A stretch of 64,000 bases of DNA from an uncultured Actinomycetota bacterium (GTDB taxonomy: Bacteria > Actinomycetota > Acidimicrobiia > Acidimicrobiales > SZUA-35): assembly GCA_963732695.1 (NCBI GenBank), contig CAVTAP010000017.1:387460-451459 (forward strand), written 5' to 3'. The position numbers were made by a program, and so were the translations under genes. Shown here piece by piece: positions 38,088 through 47,901 of this stretch (the first letter of the stretch is position 1; every line of letters starts with the position of its first letter). The notes below the pieces were generated by a model. That model saw only the letters and a list, made by a program, of their open reading frames with translations, had not been told where the DNA came from and searched no databases.

Positions 38088-40234
38088 CAGTTGGCGCGTC
38101 CCCAGGTGTCGTCGCGGGGCTTGGAGCGATCGTCGGGCAGCGCCCCGCCCCGTTCGACGGCCTCCCAGTAGCGGGCCGACTCCCGGTCGTTGGCCTCGGA
38201 GTTGAGCGGGTCGGGGGTGCCCGGGGGCAGCAACGGGTCGTCGGCGTCGACCTGCTGGGGTCGCCGAGCGGACCGCTCCCACGGCCGCGGGCCCCGCCAC
38301 CGTCGCCGGCCCGGATCGGTGGCCGGGCCACCGCCTCCTCCCCCACCTCCGGCCTGGACCCGGCGCCGCAGGGTCTCGTCGCTCTGCCACGGCCGCAGGG
38401 TGAGGCTGAGCGGGGGCAACTCGCCGTGGAGCAGCACCGCCTCCCCACCCTGCAGGGCCGGGATCCACGAGCCGCCGTCCCGGCTGATCGAGCTGAGGTA
38501 GCTGAGCGTGGGGGTGTCGTCGAGCGAGGGCAGGGCCAGCCGGGCCCGATGGTTGTCGGCCGTGCGCAACGCCTGCTCCCGGCCGAACGCCCGCTCCAGC
38601 TGCATCAGCCCGGTGAACAGGCTCAACACCTGGATACCGGCGCCCGACGAGCCGGCGTTGGCCAGCTGGTCGAGCACGGTGGGCGGCGTGCAGTGGACGG
38701 TGCCGTCTATGACCACCAGCAGGGGCGGGCTGAGCGTGCCGCCGCCCGACGAGGCGGCCCGGGCCAGGGCGGCGTCGGCCGCCTGCGACAGCAGGGTGGC
38801 CAGCAGGGGCTGGAACCGCTCCCCCTGGTCGGGGGCGGCATAGAGGTAGAGCGTGTTGGGGCGCCCGTCGAGCAGGTGCCGCACGTTGATCTGGGCCTGG
38901 TCGTCCCGGGGCAGGCCGGCCAGGCCGGGGTCGAGATAGGGGGCCATGGTGAGGGCCAGCACCTGGGAGGCGGCGGCCGCGGTGGACGGGTCGAACGAGC
39001 GACCGTTCTCCCAGGCGGCGACGGCGTCGGCCACCCCCACCCGCTGGAGGGCGGCGGTGACGGCCCGCTCGTCGCGCCGGTCGAGCCAGTCGGCCACCTG
39101 GCCCATCGGTTGCTCGGTGGCCACCGCCGCCAGGAGCATCGGGGCCAGCAGCTGGGCCGCCGCCCGGGCCCCCGACTCGTTCACTCCGGCCGAGCCGTTC
39201 GCCTGGCCGCTGGCCTGCACCATCATGTCGGCGGTGCGCCGGGCCAGGGCCCACTGACGGGTGCGCCAGGACAGGTCGAGCTCGCCCCCCTCACGGGGCA
39301 GAGCGGTGAGTGCCTGGAGGGGAGACCAACCGTAGCGGCGCATCGGATGGCGGCTGCCGGGCCCGGAGCCGGGCCGTTTCATCGTGGCCGACGGGTCGAA
39401 CAGCCAGGTCTGACCGCCCCGGTCGCACCGGCCGTCCCAGCTCAGATGCACCAGGTCGGGCTTGGACGTGCACACCAGGGCCGGCCCGTCCCACTCGAGG
39501 AGGGCGGGTACGCCCAGCGACGCCGTCTTGCCCGACCCGGTGGGCCCGAAGGCGATGACGGCCTGGCCCTGGTCGGCCGCCACGAGATAGCTGCCCACCC
39601 GGCCCAGCACCAGCTGGCGGCCGGGCGGCGTGTCGACCATGAGCCGAGAGGCGGCCGGGGCCACCGGCAGGATCGGGGCGCCAGCAGGCGAGGGGCCGCC
39701 GCCGCCCCCGGGGGGCGTCGGGGGCCGCTCGTCCTCCGGGGGGTTCTGCCGGAGCACCCGCTGGTTGTGGCGGTACTCCCGCCGGGACCGGGTGCGCACC
39801 GTGCGGGGGTTGTTCTGGGGTGTGGGGTAGACGGCCACCGGCATGGGCTCGGGCGGGCGGGGGCCGATGATGCGCCACGCCGGCCAGAACAGGAGGCTGA
39901 ACACCGCCGCTTCGGCGATGAAGGCGCCCCAGAACCAGCGGGGGCCCGCCAGGGCCTCCCTGGTCTCGGGGGCCCAGGCCCGGTCCCAGTTGAACTTGTA
40001 GGCGCCGAGGCGGGCCATGGCGATGGCCGCCTCACCCATCCCCACGTGGGCCCGGGCGCCGTTGCCGAGCCACGACGACAGCTCGGCCGCCCCCCACACC
40101 ATCACCAGCAGGCCCAGCACGATCAACATCAGCGTCCAGATCGCCACCTCGGTGTGGACCCCGGGCAACCCGTCGAGGTAGACGACGGGCCGGGCCCGTC
40201 CCCCCTCCTGCACCCAGCCTTCGCGCTGCCTCAC
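38087..40234 (-). CDS. Type IV coupling protein (VirD4/TraG-like, TraM-recognition-domain type)
   Basis: Two N-terminal TM helices. Walker A GPTGSGKTAS. Downstream region LLVVIDGTVHC...IQVLSLFTGLMQLERAFG aligns by eye with the T4CP Walker B/Q region. Gly/Pro/Arg-rich C-terminal tail. Confidence 0.75.
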   Translation of the reverse strand: MRQREGWVQEGGRARPVVYLDGLPGVHTEVAIWTLMLIVLGLLVMVWGAAELSSWLGNGARAHVGMGEAAIAMARLGAYKFNWDRAWAPETREALAGPRWFWGAFIAEAAVFSLLFWPAWRIIGPRPPEPMPVAVYPTPQNNPRTVRTRSRREYRHNQRVLRQNPPEDERPPTPPGGGGGPSPAGAPILPVAPAASRLMVDTPPGRQLVLGRVGSYLVAADQGQAVIAFGPTGSGKTASLGVPALLEWDGPALVCTSKPDLVHLSWDGRCDRGGQTWLFDPSATMKRPGSGPGSRHPMRRYGWSPLQALTALPREGGELDLSWRTRQWALARRTADMMVQASGQANGSAGVNESGARAAAQLLAPMLLAAVATEQPMGQVADWLDRRDERAVTAALQRVGVADAVAAWENGRSFDPSTAAAASQVLALTMAPYLDPGLAGLPRDDQAQINVRHLLDGRPNTLYLYAAPDQGERFQPLLATLLSQAADAALARAASSGGGTLSPPLLVVIDGTVHCTPPTVLDQLANAGSSGAGIQVLSLFTGLMQLERAFGREQALRTADNHRARLALPSLDDTPTLSYLSSISRDGGSWIPALQGGEAVLLHGELPPLSLTLRPWQSDETLRRRVQAGGGGGGGGPATDPGRRRWRGPRPWERSARRPQQVDADDPLLPPGTPDPLNSEANDRESARYWEAVERGGALPDDRSKPRDDTWGRAN

Positions 40235-40272
40235 GGTGCCTTCCTCACTGTGCCGTCCTCACGGTGCCGGCC

Positions 40273-41667
40273 TCATGTCCTGGCCCGTTCCGGCGGGGCG
40301 TGCACGGTGGTCACCGGCGCCCGGACCAGGTGGTCGAGGTTGGCCCGCATCGAGTGGTCGGTGTCGATGATCTCCCACTCCCGGTCGCCCACCCGGTGGT
40401 CGACGATGAACGTCTGCTGGCGCACCTTCCACAGGGCCACGCCCCGGCCCAGCCGGGGCAGCACGTCGGCCTCGGCGCTGGTGAGGCCGAGCAGCCGCTT
40501 GGTGTCGGCCACCTCACCCTCGGCCTGGGCGTACACCACCCGGGTCTCGGTGTCGGACAGCAGGCCCTGGGCGATCCGGGTGGCTTCCGACCCCTCACCC
40601 CCGGCCGCCTCCAGGTCCGACATGCGGTGGACCACGATGATGTTGGACAGGCCGTACTGCCGGGACATCTTGAACATCGAGCGCAGCCAGCGGGCCAGGG
40701 CCACGTTCGACAGCAGATACCACGCCTCGTCGAGCAGCAGGATGCGCTGCACCCCGTCGCTGCGGGCGATGGCGTTGTGGAGCCAGGCCATGGTGCAGGC
40801 CATCACCAGGCCGAGGGCGTCGCCCGTGCTGCCCAGGGCCGACAGGTCGAGTACCACGATCGGGCCGTCCCAGTCGATGTCGACCGTCGTCCGTCCGTCG
40901 AACATGCCCTTGAGGTCGCCCTCGCACAGGCGGCGCAGCTCCAGGGCGGCGTCGCGCGACCGCTCGGCCAGCCGTTCCGCCGTGGTGTTGACCACCGACG
41001 CCACCTTCTGCGGGGGATCGAGCAGCACGTCGACCACGTCGATGATCGTGGGGTCGCCGTGGCGGCGTACCGCCTCCTCCCGGGCCAGGCTGATGGCCGT
41101 CCGCTCCTCGGGCAGCAGGTCGCGCCGCAGGGCCGACTCGGCCAGCGACATCAGGATCTGGTCCTGGCGGCGGTCGACCTCGTCGGCGCTGGCCGCCCCG
41201 GCCGTCACCAGGCCCCGGTCGAGCGGGTTGAGCCGCACGTCGGTGCCGGGGTCGAGCCGAATGACCGTGCCCCCCATCTGCTCGGCCAGGGGTCGGAATT
41301 CGCCCTTGGGGTCGATCACCACGGCCCGCCGACCGAACGCCGACTGGCGCCAGATGTACGTCTTGACCAGGGACGACTTTCCCCGCCCGATCTGGCCGGC
41401 CACCACCATGTTGGGGTTGGTGACCTTGTGGAGCCGGTACAGCTCCCACGGGTCGAAGCAGAACGAGCCGCCCAGTACCTCCTGGCCGATGTAGACGCCC
41501 CGCCCGCCGAGCCCGGTTGGCGACTGGAACGGGTAGATGGCCTGGAGATGGGCGGTGGTGGAATGGTGGGGCGGGGTGGCGGGCGACTTCGACAGCAGCC
41601 CGACCAGCAGGATCACCGCGCCGTAGAGCAGCAGCGCCACTCCCAGGACCACCAGCGCCGGGATCAA
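40273..41667 (-). CDS. VirB4-like conjugation/secretion ATPase, C-terminal ATPase part
   Basis: Proposed TTG start at 41667 overlapping the upstream stop (TTGA). N-terminal TM helix. Walker A GQIGRGKSS and Walker B ILLLDEAW. Typical of the ATP-binding proteins in actinobacterial T4SS-like loci. Confidence 0.7.
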   Translation of the reverse strand: MIPALVVLGVALLLYGAVILLVGLLSKSPATPPHHSTTAHLQAIYPFQSPTGLGGRGVYIGQEVLGGSFCFDPWELYRLHKVTNPNMVVAGQIGRGKSSLVKTYIWRQSAFGRRAVVIDPKGEFRPLAEQMGGTVIRLDPGTDVRLNPLDRGLVTAGAASADEVDRRQDQILMSLAESALRRDLLPEERTAISLAREEAVRRHGDPTIIDVVDVLLDPPQKVASVVNTTAERLAERSRDAALELRRLCEGDLKGMFDGRTTVDIDWDGPIVVLDLSALGSTGDALGLVMACTMAWLHNAIARSDGVQRILLLDEAWYLLSNVALARWLRSMFKMSRQYGLSNIIVVHRMSDLEAAGGEGSEATRIAQGLLSDTETRVVYAQAEGEVADTKRLLGLTSAEADVLPRLGRGVALWKVRQQTFIVDHRVGDREWEIIDTDHSMRANLDHLVRAPVTTVHAPPERART

Positions 41668-43376
41668 TGCAGTCCCTTGGCCAGCGGCATCGTGCAGTAG
41701 AAGGCGCTGTCCTGCTCCCCCCACAGGCGGCGCAGCTCCACCGGGCACTGGTAGGCCATCTGCTCGATCTGGGCCGCCGCCTGCTCCACCTCCTCCAGGT
41801 TCGATCCTGACACGGTCACGTAGCCCGAGTAGCGGGCCTCGGCGTGGCCGTCGGCCAGCTCGTTCTCCCGCCGGTCGAGGGCCTCGCCCTCCCGGCGGCG
41901 GCGGGCCCCGAGCCGGTAGCCGGCCCGGCTGCGCAGCTCGTCGTCGGACAGGCGGGCCGTCTGGGCGTGCTCCACCTGGCGCACCGCCCGCGACGTGGGG
42001 ATCGGCTCCGACACCACCGACACGGTGCGGGTGGCCCCGCTGTTCATGAGCAGCAGAGGGGCGAGGAAGCTGGGCCGCACCCCGAGCTTGGGCCACTCGG
42101 CGATCCAGTAGGTGACGTGGAACATCTTGTCGGTCCGGTAGTGGCCCCACGATGCCTCGGTGGCCATGGGCCAGGCGCTGCGGGCCGAGATCAGGGGTTC
42201 GGACCCCCGGGTCCGCCGGGTGGCCAGGGCCAGGGCGTCCTCCGGGTCGAACTGGGTGCGCAGCAGCAGAGCCAGCTCGTCGCCCGACAGGAACCCGCTC
42301 ACGTTGAGGTCGGACTCCCGGAGCTGGCGCTGGAGGTGATCGAGCTCGCGGTAGAGGACTGCCACCGCCCCCTTGTCGCCCCCGCCGGCCTGGCGGATGG
42401 CCCGCCCCGCTTTGGACTGCGAGATCTGCAGCACGAGGTAGGTCTCGTGCTGCTGGGTGACGGGCTGGGCCGACTGCAGCAACTCGGTGTAGGAGCCGTG
42501 GGCCGGCGTGCCCTCGGTGGTGCGGGCCCGTTCGGCGAAGAACGCCCGCATCTCGTCGCCCACCTCGGTGAGCGTGCGCTCCAGCCACTGCAGGCGGGAG
42601 ATCGGGCTGCCCTGGCGGGCCATCGAGGCCTGCACCGTGGCCCACGACGACAGCCGCCGCACCTGCTCGCCCTCGTCGAGCAGCATGAACGACTGGCCCT
42701 GGACGCCGATCACGGCCACCCAGCTCTTGTGCTTGCGGTCGCGGAGCACGCCCATGGGCTGGCCCGAGACCGAGGTGTAGATCAGCTGCCAGTCCGCCAC
42801 CGGCGGCGGGGGCGACGGCTTACCGGCCCGGCGGACGGACCGCCCCCCTTCCCCGCCCACCGGGGCGGTGCCGTTGGTCGACGGGGTGCCCTCGGCGGGC
42901 GGTGCCTTCCGGGGGGCCAGGATGGTGCGGGAGGTCTCCGGGGCGATGCCGTCGGGCCACGGCGGGATGTCGCTGTCTTCGGGCAGCAGGGCTGAGCCGT
43001 CGGGCATCGGCGGCTGGCCCGGCCGCGGTGAGGGGGCGGTGGCCACGGGGGGCACCGGGGCCCGCTCTCCTTGGCCGGGGGCGGGCGAGAACCAGCGGCG
43101 CCGGCCTCTCATCACGAGCAGAGCGTAGTGGGAGAACGCCGGGAGCCAGTCATCGAATGGTCGCCCCTCGATCGTGCCGAAGGCGGCGGCCACCCCGGCC
43201 ATGGCCAACATGATGGCCACGCCCACTCCGATCTGACCCGGCACGTACCGCAGAAAGGCCACACCGGTGCCCATGGCGGTGACCAGGAACCCCACCTGGG
43301 CGTGGCGCAGCCCGCCGAGGAAGACGGCCCTGACCGGGGGGCCGAACTGGAACCTGACGTCGGTGCCGTCGTTCAT
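41664..43376 (-). CDS. VirB3-like TM hairpin fused to a VirB4 N-terminal-domain-like region (resembles the family PGAP names SCO6880)
   Basis: 570 aa. N-terminal FLGGLRHAQVGFLVTAMGTGVAFL...IGVGVAIMLAMAGVAAAF (2 TM). Pro-rich linker, then a ~380-aa soluble domain. Position is immediately upstream of the ATPase ORF. Assignment is by context and recollection, not by alignment. Confidence 0.5.
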   Translation of the reverse strand: MNDGTDVRFQFGPPVRAVFLGGLRHAQVGFLVTAMGTGVAFLRYVPGQIGVGVAIMLAMAGVAAAFGTIEGRPFDDWLPAFSHYALLVMRGRRRWFSPAPGQGERAPVPPVATAPSPRPGQPPMPDGSALLPEDSDIPPWPDGIAPETSRTILAPRKAPPAEGTPSTNGTAPVGGEGGRSVRRAGKPSPPPPVADWQLIYTSVSGQPMGVLRDRKHKSWVAVIGVQGQSFMLLDEGEQVRRLSSWATVQASMARQGSPISRLQWLERTLTEVGDEMRAFFAERARTTEGTPAHGSYTELLQSAQPVTQQHETYLVLQISQSKAGRAIRQAGGGDKGAVAVLYRELDHLQRQLRESDLNVSGFLSGDELALLLRTQFDPEDALALATRRTRGSEPLISARSAWPMATEASWGHYRTDKMFHVTYWIAEWPKLGVRPSFLAPLLLMNSGATRTVSVVSEPIPTSRAVRQVEHAQTARLSDDELRSRAGYRLGARRRREGEALDRRENELADGHAEARYSGYVTVSGSNLEEVEQAAAQIEQMAYQCPVELRRLWGEQDSAFYCTMPLAKGLH

Positions 43377-44884
43377 CAGCCCGCCTCGCCGGCCGTGGGC
43401 GGGCTGGCTGCGCCGGAGGCCAGCTCACCGCCCGAGGATGATCCCCCGGGGAAGTCGGCCGCCGGGGCGGCTCCGCCGCCGTTGCCGCGAGGTTGGGCGG
43501 GGATGGTGCTGGGTGGCGGCCCGTCGTAGCCGCCGCCCCACGGCTCGTCGGGGCCGGCCGGGCCCGACGGGTTGGCACCGCCCATGTCCGACCCCGCGGC
43601 CGACTCACCTCCGCCGCCGTAGGCGTCGGTGCTGGCGCTGAAGGGCACCACGCTGCCGCTGCCGCCACCGGTCGAGGGGGGCGACTGCTGGGAGCCGGCC
43701 AGGAACGTGCCCAGCCGTTGGGCGGCGAACAGCCCACTGGCGGTGGCCACCACCCGACCGTGGGGTCGCCGGGCCTGGGCCTCCATGGCGGTGAGGGCCT
43801 CGTTGTGCACGAACGGCAGCAGCTTCATGAGGGCGAACGGGGAGAACGCGGCCATGAAGAACAGGGCCGTGGCCTGCATCATCGAGACCAGCGCGTTGTT
43901 GTCGTCGTTGAGGGTGGCCGCCCCCAGCGAGAGGAAGGCCAGGATCACCGGCTTGGACAGGATGAACGACAGCTGCACCTCGAACAGGCGCCGGATCCAG
44001 GAGCGGGTGGCGGGGAAGATGAGGGCGGCGAAGGCCAGCGGCATGAAGGCGTAGGTGACGAGGATGGCGGCCGCCCGCACCAGCATCACGAACCACAGCA
44101 GCAGCGATCCGGCCATCAGGATGAACGAGAAGATCACGAGGAGGATGGGGGCCGTCACCCCGATGCCGCCGGCGATGTTCCCACCCAGCTGGTCGAGCCA
44201 GGTGGCCAGCCCGTTCTGGCCGTCGTTGATGTAGGCCGCTCCGAGCTCGTCGGTGGCGGCCAGCAGCGCCGTGATGATGTAGCCGGCCAACACCATGCCG
44301 ATCACGGAGCCCGGTAAGTAGAACAGGGCCGATTTCACCACGATTTCGGCGTCGCGTTTTATCAGCGAGTACAGGCCGGCCAGGATCAGCAACGGCAACG
44401 CCAGCGCCTTGGCCGCCTGCATCGACGTCTGGAACACGGCGGACGACGAGTTCACGTCGGGTGTGGTGGTGCCGTTGATCCCCACCCACACGAGGTCCGT
44501 GGCGCCGATGGCTCCCACCGCCACCCATCGGGCGAAGTAGTCGAAGGCGCCGGCCACCACGTTCTCGGTGACGTCGGCGGTGCAGTCGCCCACGCCGTTG
44601 ACGCCGCAGTTGATGGCCCAGGCCGCCCCGTCGAGCAGCTGGTTGCAGGCCTCGGAGATGACCGGCAGGTTGCCGCAGCCGGGGTTGGTCGACGCCTGCT
44701 CCTGTTGCTGGGGCACCGTGGGCGCGGTCTGGGCCGACGCCCCGGGCACCGGTTGGGAGACGGCGTAGACGAGGAAGCCGACGATCAACGCCCGGATGAC
44801 GACGCGCGCCGCCCACCGGCGGCGGGTGGCCCGGGCCCGGCCGGCCCGGGGCTGGTCGGCTCGCGGCTGCTCAGCGTGTGACAT
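43376..44884 (-). CDS. Polytopic membrane protein, VirB6/TrbL-like candidate with Gly/Pro-rich C-terminal tail
   Basis: 502 aa. Signal-like N-terminus, a Cys-containing periplasm-side segment, about 6 TM helices, and a G/P/S-rich tail. 1-nt overlap (TGATG) with the downstream gene. Confidence 0.45.
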   Translation of the reverse strand: MSHAEQPRADQPRAGRARATRRRWAARVVIRALIVGFLVYAVSQPVPGASAQTAPTVPQQQEQASTNPGCGNLPVISEACNQLLDGAAWAINCGVNGVGDCTADVTENVVAGAFDYFARWVAVGAIGATDLVWVGINGTTTPDVNSSSAVFQTSMQAAKALALPLLILAGLYSLIKRDAEIVVKSALFYLPGSVIGMVLAGYIITALLAATDELGAAYINDGQNGLATWLDQLGGNIAGGIGVTAPILLVIFSFILMAGSLLLWFVMLVRAAAILVTYAFMPLAFAALIFPATRSWIRRLFEVQLSFILSKPVILAFLSLGAATLNDDNNALVSMMQATALFFMAAFSPFALMKLLPFVHNEALTAMEAQARRPHGRVVATASGLFAAQRLGTFLAGSQQSPPSTGGGSGSVVPFSASTDAYGGGGESAAGSDMGGANPSGPAGPDEPWGGGYDGPPPSTIPAQPRGNGGGAAPAADFPGGSSSGGELASGAASPPTAGEAG

Positions 44885-45584
44885 AGCGGTACCCCTCGAG
44901 CTTGTCGACTGCGGTGAGGAAGGCGTCGGTGGCCGTTGGCGGGGCCTGGGACCACGCCGGGCTGGGGCCCGGCGTGGAGTCGGCCGACCACACCTTCCAA
45001 TCGTCGTTCTGCCACACCACCTCGATGCTGGCCGTCTCCCAGCTGGCCAGCGGTTGGGTCATGCCGGCCGCCGCCACCAGGGTGAGCGTCCACACCTCGA
45101 CCGTGGCCCGCTCGTCGCCGTAGCGGATCACCTCGTGACCCACCGGGATCGTGCGCAGGAACAGCGCGCTGGCGTTGGGTCCGTTGGCCGTGATGCCCTG
45201 GTGCAGGGCGTCCCAGCTGGCCCCCATCTCGTCGGCCAGCGACTGCTTCGACTCCTCGGCGCTCAGCACCTGGTAATTGCGCACGGCGCTGGCCCGGTCG
45301 GTGTTGCCGGCCTGCTCCAGGGTGAGCACCAGGTTGGTGGCCGCCGCCACCGCGCCCTCCTGGTCGTGGGCGAAGCCGACACCCACGCCGTCCAGGGTGG
45401 CCGTGGGGCCGGCCGAGCTGGCCCCCACCCGGATCTCGCCCACGTCGGGGCCGACGGCGTCGGCCGCCGTGCTGTCACCCGATCGGTTGAACCCGCCCGA
45501 CAGGAACGCGCCGATCAACATCCCCAGAGCGAGCGCAATGACGGTGAAGCCGATGCGCCAGAGGCGAGCGGTCTGGTCAGCCAC
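44871..45584 (-). CDS. N-terminally TM-anchored extracytoplasmic protein, unknown (possible VirB8/TcpC-like NTF2-fold)
   Basis: 237 aa. TM helix IGFTVIALALGMLIGAFL. The C-terminal pattern ...ATVEVWTLTLVAAAG...IEVVWQNDDWKVW is reminiscent of NTF2-like folds. Overlaps neighbours on both sides. Confidence 0.4.
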   Translation of the reverse strand: MADQTARLWRIGFTVIALALGMLIGAFLSGGFNRSGDSTAADAVGPDVGEIRVGASSAGPTATLDGVGVGFAHDQEGAVAAATNLVLTLEQAGNTDRASAVRNYQVLSAEESKQSLADEMGASWDALHQGITANGPNASALFLRTIPVGHEVIRYGDERATVEVWTLTLVAAAGMTQPLASWETASIEVVWQNDDWKVWSADSTPGPSPAWSQAPPTATDAFLTAVDKLEGYRYVTR

Positions 45585-45852
45585 CGGCCTGGACGCGGTT
45601 ACCGAAGGCGAAGGCCCAGTTCACCAGGGTGGGTCCGGCACCGATGAACGCCACGGCGACCAGCGAGTACATCACACCTCGCTTGCCCCGGGTGGCCTGG
45701 CCGGCGTTGTCGGTTCCGACGCCGAGGGCCCAGAGCAGTCCGGACAGCACGAGCGAGATCGTCCCGACAACGATCGCCCAACCCTGCAGGCCGGTGGCCA
45801 GCTCCTGGAGAAGGTTCGTTCCCGGAAGCGATTGTGCGATGACTCCGTACAC
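45577..45852 (-). CDS. Small two-TM protein, positional analogue of a VirB2/TrbC-type subunit
   Basis: ORF 45577..45900. GTG at 45852 is preceded by GGGAGG at good spacing. Two hydrophobic helices (WAIVVGTISLVLSGLLWALG and VMYSLVAVAFIGAGPTLV) separated by a short polar loop. Confidence 0.4.
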   Translation of the reverse strand: MYGVIAQSLPGTNLLQELATGLQGWAIVVGTISLVLSGLLWALGVGTDNAGQATRGKRGVMYSLVAVAFIGAGPTLVNWAFAFGNRVQAGG

Positions 45853-45971
45853 GCTGCCTCCCAACGGCTGATGTTCGCACCAGGACATTAGCCACTCCAA
45901 CTAGTGAGAGACAATGAGATGACGTCTAATCATTGCTAACCAGCTCTAATGGTGGTCTAGGCTGTCGAGCG

Positions 45972-46709
45972 ATGAGCCGACGGGCCCCAGACCACGGTTC
46001 AGCGCCCGTCCCCCGGGCGCTGCCGGCCGCCCTCGCTGGCGCGTGCCTCGCCACCGCCGTGTCGGCCGGCGCCCTCTCCGCCTGCGCGCCGAGCGGCACC
46101 GTATCGGCTCCGTCGTCATCTGCCTCGCCATCGACCCAGGTCGTTGGCCGGGTGCCGGGAGTGTCCACCGGGCCGGCGTCCACCCTGCTGCCCGGCGGCA
46201 ACGGCAACGGGGCCGCCACGCAGGGCACCGTCGTCGGCTCGCCCTCCACGCTGGGCACCGGGCCGGTCAGCTCGGTGGCCGCCGCCGACGGCGTGGGGGC
46301 CCGCATCGTGGGCACCGACTCCGACGTCACGTCGGCCCCTGCCGCCCCGGCCGACGCCGGGCTGGAAGATTCGCTGCGGGAGTTCGGCCGTCTCTACCTC
46401 GGGTACGACTACCGCTCCGACGCCGCGGCCCGGGCCGATGCGCTCCGGCCCTACGTCACCCCCGAGCTGTTCACCCAGCTCTCGTCGCCCATGCCAGCCG
46501 CCCTGGTGGCCTCGCTGGAGGCCGAGCAGCGGGTGACCGAGGCCGCCTTCGTGGACATCGCCGCCCTCGACGCCGGCGTGTACCGGCTCCGCTACGACGT
46601 CCACACCACGGTGGCCTCCGGTGGGCGCACCGTCGACGCCGGCCCGAACCAGACCCGCACCCTGACGGTGACGGTCGACGCCGCCCATCTGGTGAGCGAT
46701 GTCCGATGA
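45972..46709 (+). CDS. Putative lipoprotein, unknown (NTF2-like C-terminal pattern)
   Basis: ATG at 45972. LATAVSAGALSACA lipobox, Ser/Gly/Pro linker, and C-terminus EFGRLYLGYDYRSDAAARADALRPYVTPELF...YRLRYDVHTTV. Confidence 0.5.
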   Translation: MSRRAPDHGSAPVPRALPAALAGACLATAVSAGALSACAPSGTVSAPSSSASPSTQVVGRVPGVSTGPASTLLPGGNGNGAATQGTVVGSPSTLGTGPVSSVAAADGVGARIVGTDSDVTSAPAAPADAGLEDSLREFGRLYLGYDYRSDAAARADALRPYVTPELFTQLSSPMPAALVASLEAEQRVTEAAFVDIAALDAGVYRLRYDVHTTVASGGRTVDAGPNQTRTLTVTVDAAHLVSDVR

Positions 46710-46718
46710 GGGGGCCCG

Positions 46719-47822
46719 ATGATCGGTCGGCTGATGGCGGCCTTCACCGCGGTGGTGGTGGGCGGGCCGATGCTGGCGCTCGGGTTGGTCATGCTCTCGC
46801 TGGGCGGGATCGTGCAGGCCGTGTCGAACCCGCTCAACCCGGAGCCCTCCGAGTTCGCCAAGGAGGACATCCCGCCCCTCCTGCTCGACCACTACCGGCG
46901 GGCCGGCCTCAGCTGTCCCGGGCTGCCCTGGACGGTGCTGGCCGGCATCGGCAAGGTCGAGTCGGACCACGGCCGTTTCGGCGGAGCGACGATGGCCGCC
47001 AACGGCGATATCACGCCCCCCATCCTGGGGCCTGTGCTCGACGGCTCGCTGGCCGGCACCGTAGCCATCCCGTTGCCCGGCGGTTCGCCCTGGCACGCCA
47101 ACCCCAGCTACGACCGGGCGCTGGGGCCCATGCAGTTCCTCACCGACACGTTCCGGGCCTACGGGGTGGATGGCAACGGCGACGGCATCACCTCGCCCCA
47201 CAACGCCATCGACGCCATCTACACCGCGGCGGCCTACCTGTGCGGGGGGGAGGGTGAGGTGACGAGCATCCGCGACGCCATCTACCGCTACAACCGGTCC
47301 GACGTGTACGTGAACCAGGTGCTCGACTACGCCTCCCGTTACGGCGTGGCCCCGATCTACGCCGGGGCCGACCCCCAGGCCCTGCTCGACAACCCCAACG
47401 TGTCGATGGGGCCGGCCCAGCGCACCGACCTGGAAAGCGGCCAGATCGACCCCCAGGTGGTGGCGATCCTGCTGTCGCTGGCCCAGGAGCACCAGATCTA
47501 CATCTCGTCGTTCATCACCGGGCACTCGATCTGCATCCACAACACCGGCACCTATCCCAACTGCCGGATCTCCCGCCACACGTCGGGCCGGGCGGCCGAC
47601 ATCGCCCTGTTCGACGGCCAGGCCGTGAGCGACTCCAACCGGGCGGCCCGGGCCCAGGTGGAGCGGTGGCTGCTGATGAACCGGGAGACCGACTTCCTCC
47701 GGCCCTGGTCTCTCGGCCATCCCTTTGGGGATTTGGCCGGAGCGGCGCCGGGAAGCTTCAACGACGGCGACCACGAGGATCACCTCCACATCGAAGTGAC
47801 CGGCACCGTGGCCGGCGCCTGA
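46719..47822 (+). CDS. Bifunctional cell-wall hydrolase: lytic transglycosylase (SLT-like) N-domain plus M15/VanY-like metallopeptidase C-domain
   Basis: N-terminal TM helix. LAGIGKVESDHGRF...GPMQFLTDTFRAYGVDGNGDG...AIYTAAAYLC (transglycosylase). C-terminal SRHTSGRAADIALFDG...GDHEDHLHIEV (H..D..H zinc-peptidase pattern). Confidence 0.7.
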   Translation: MIGRLMAAFTAVVVGGPMLALGLVMLSLGGIVQAVSNPLNPEPSEFAKEDIPPLLLDHYRRAGLSCPGLPWTVLAGIGKVESDHGRFGGATMAANGDITPPILGPVLDGSLAGTVAIPLPGGSPWHANPSYDRALGPMQFLTDTFRAYGVDGNGDGITSPHNAIDAIYTAAAYLCGGEGEVTSIRDAIYRYNRSDVYVNQVLDYASRYGVAPIYAGADPQALLDNPNVSMGPAQRTDLESGQIDPQVVAILLSLAQEHQIYISSFITGHSICIHNTGTYPNCRISRHTSGRAADIALFDGQAVSDSNRAARAQVERWLLMNRETDFLRPWSLGHPFGDLAGAAPGSFNDGDHEDHLHIEVTGTVAGA

Positions 47823-47901
47823 GAGATCGTCCACCCCAGCCAAAGGTGGGCCGGGGGTGGGTCTCCAGCAGGAGATCCACCCCCGACTCTGTTCTCCCTG
47901 C

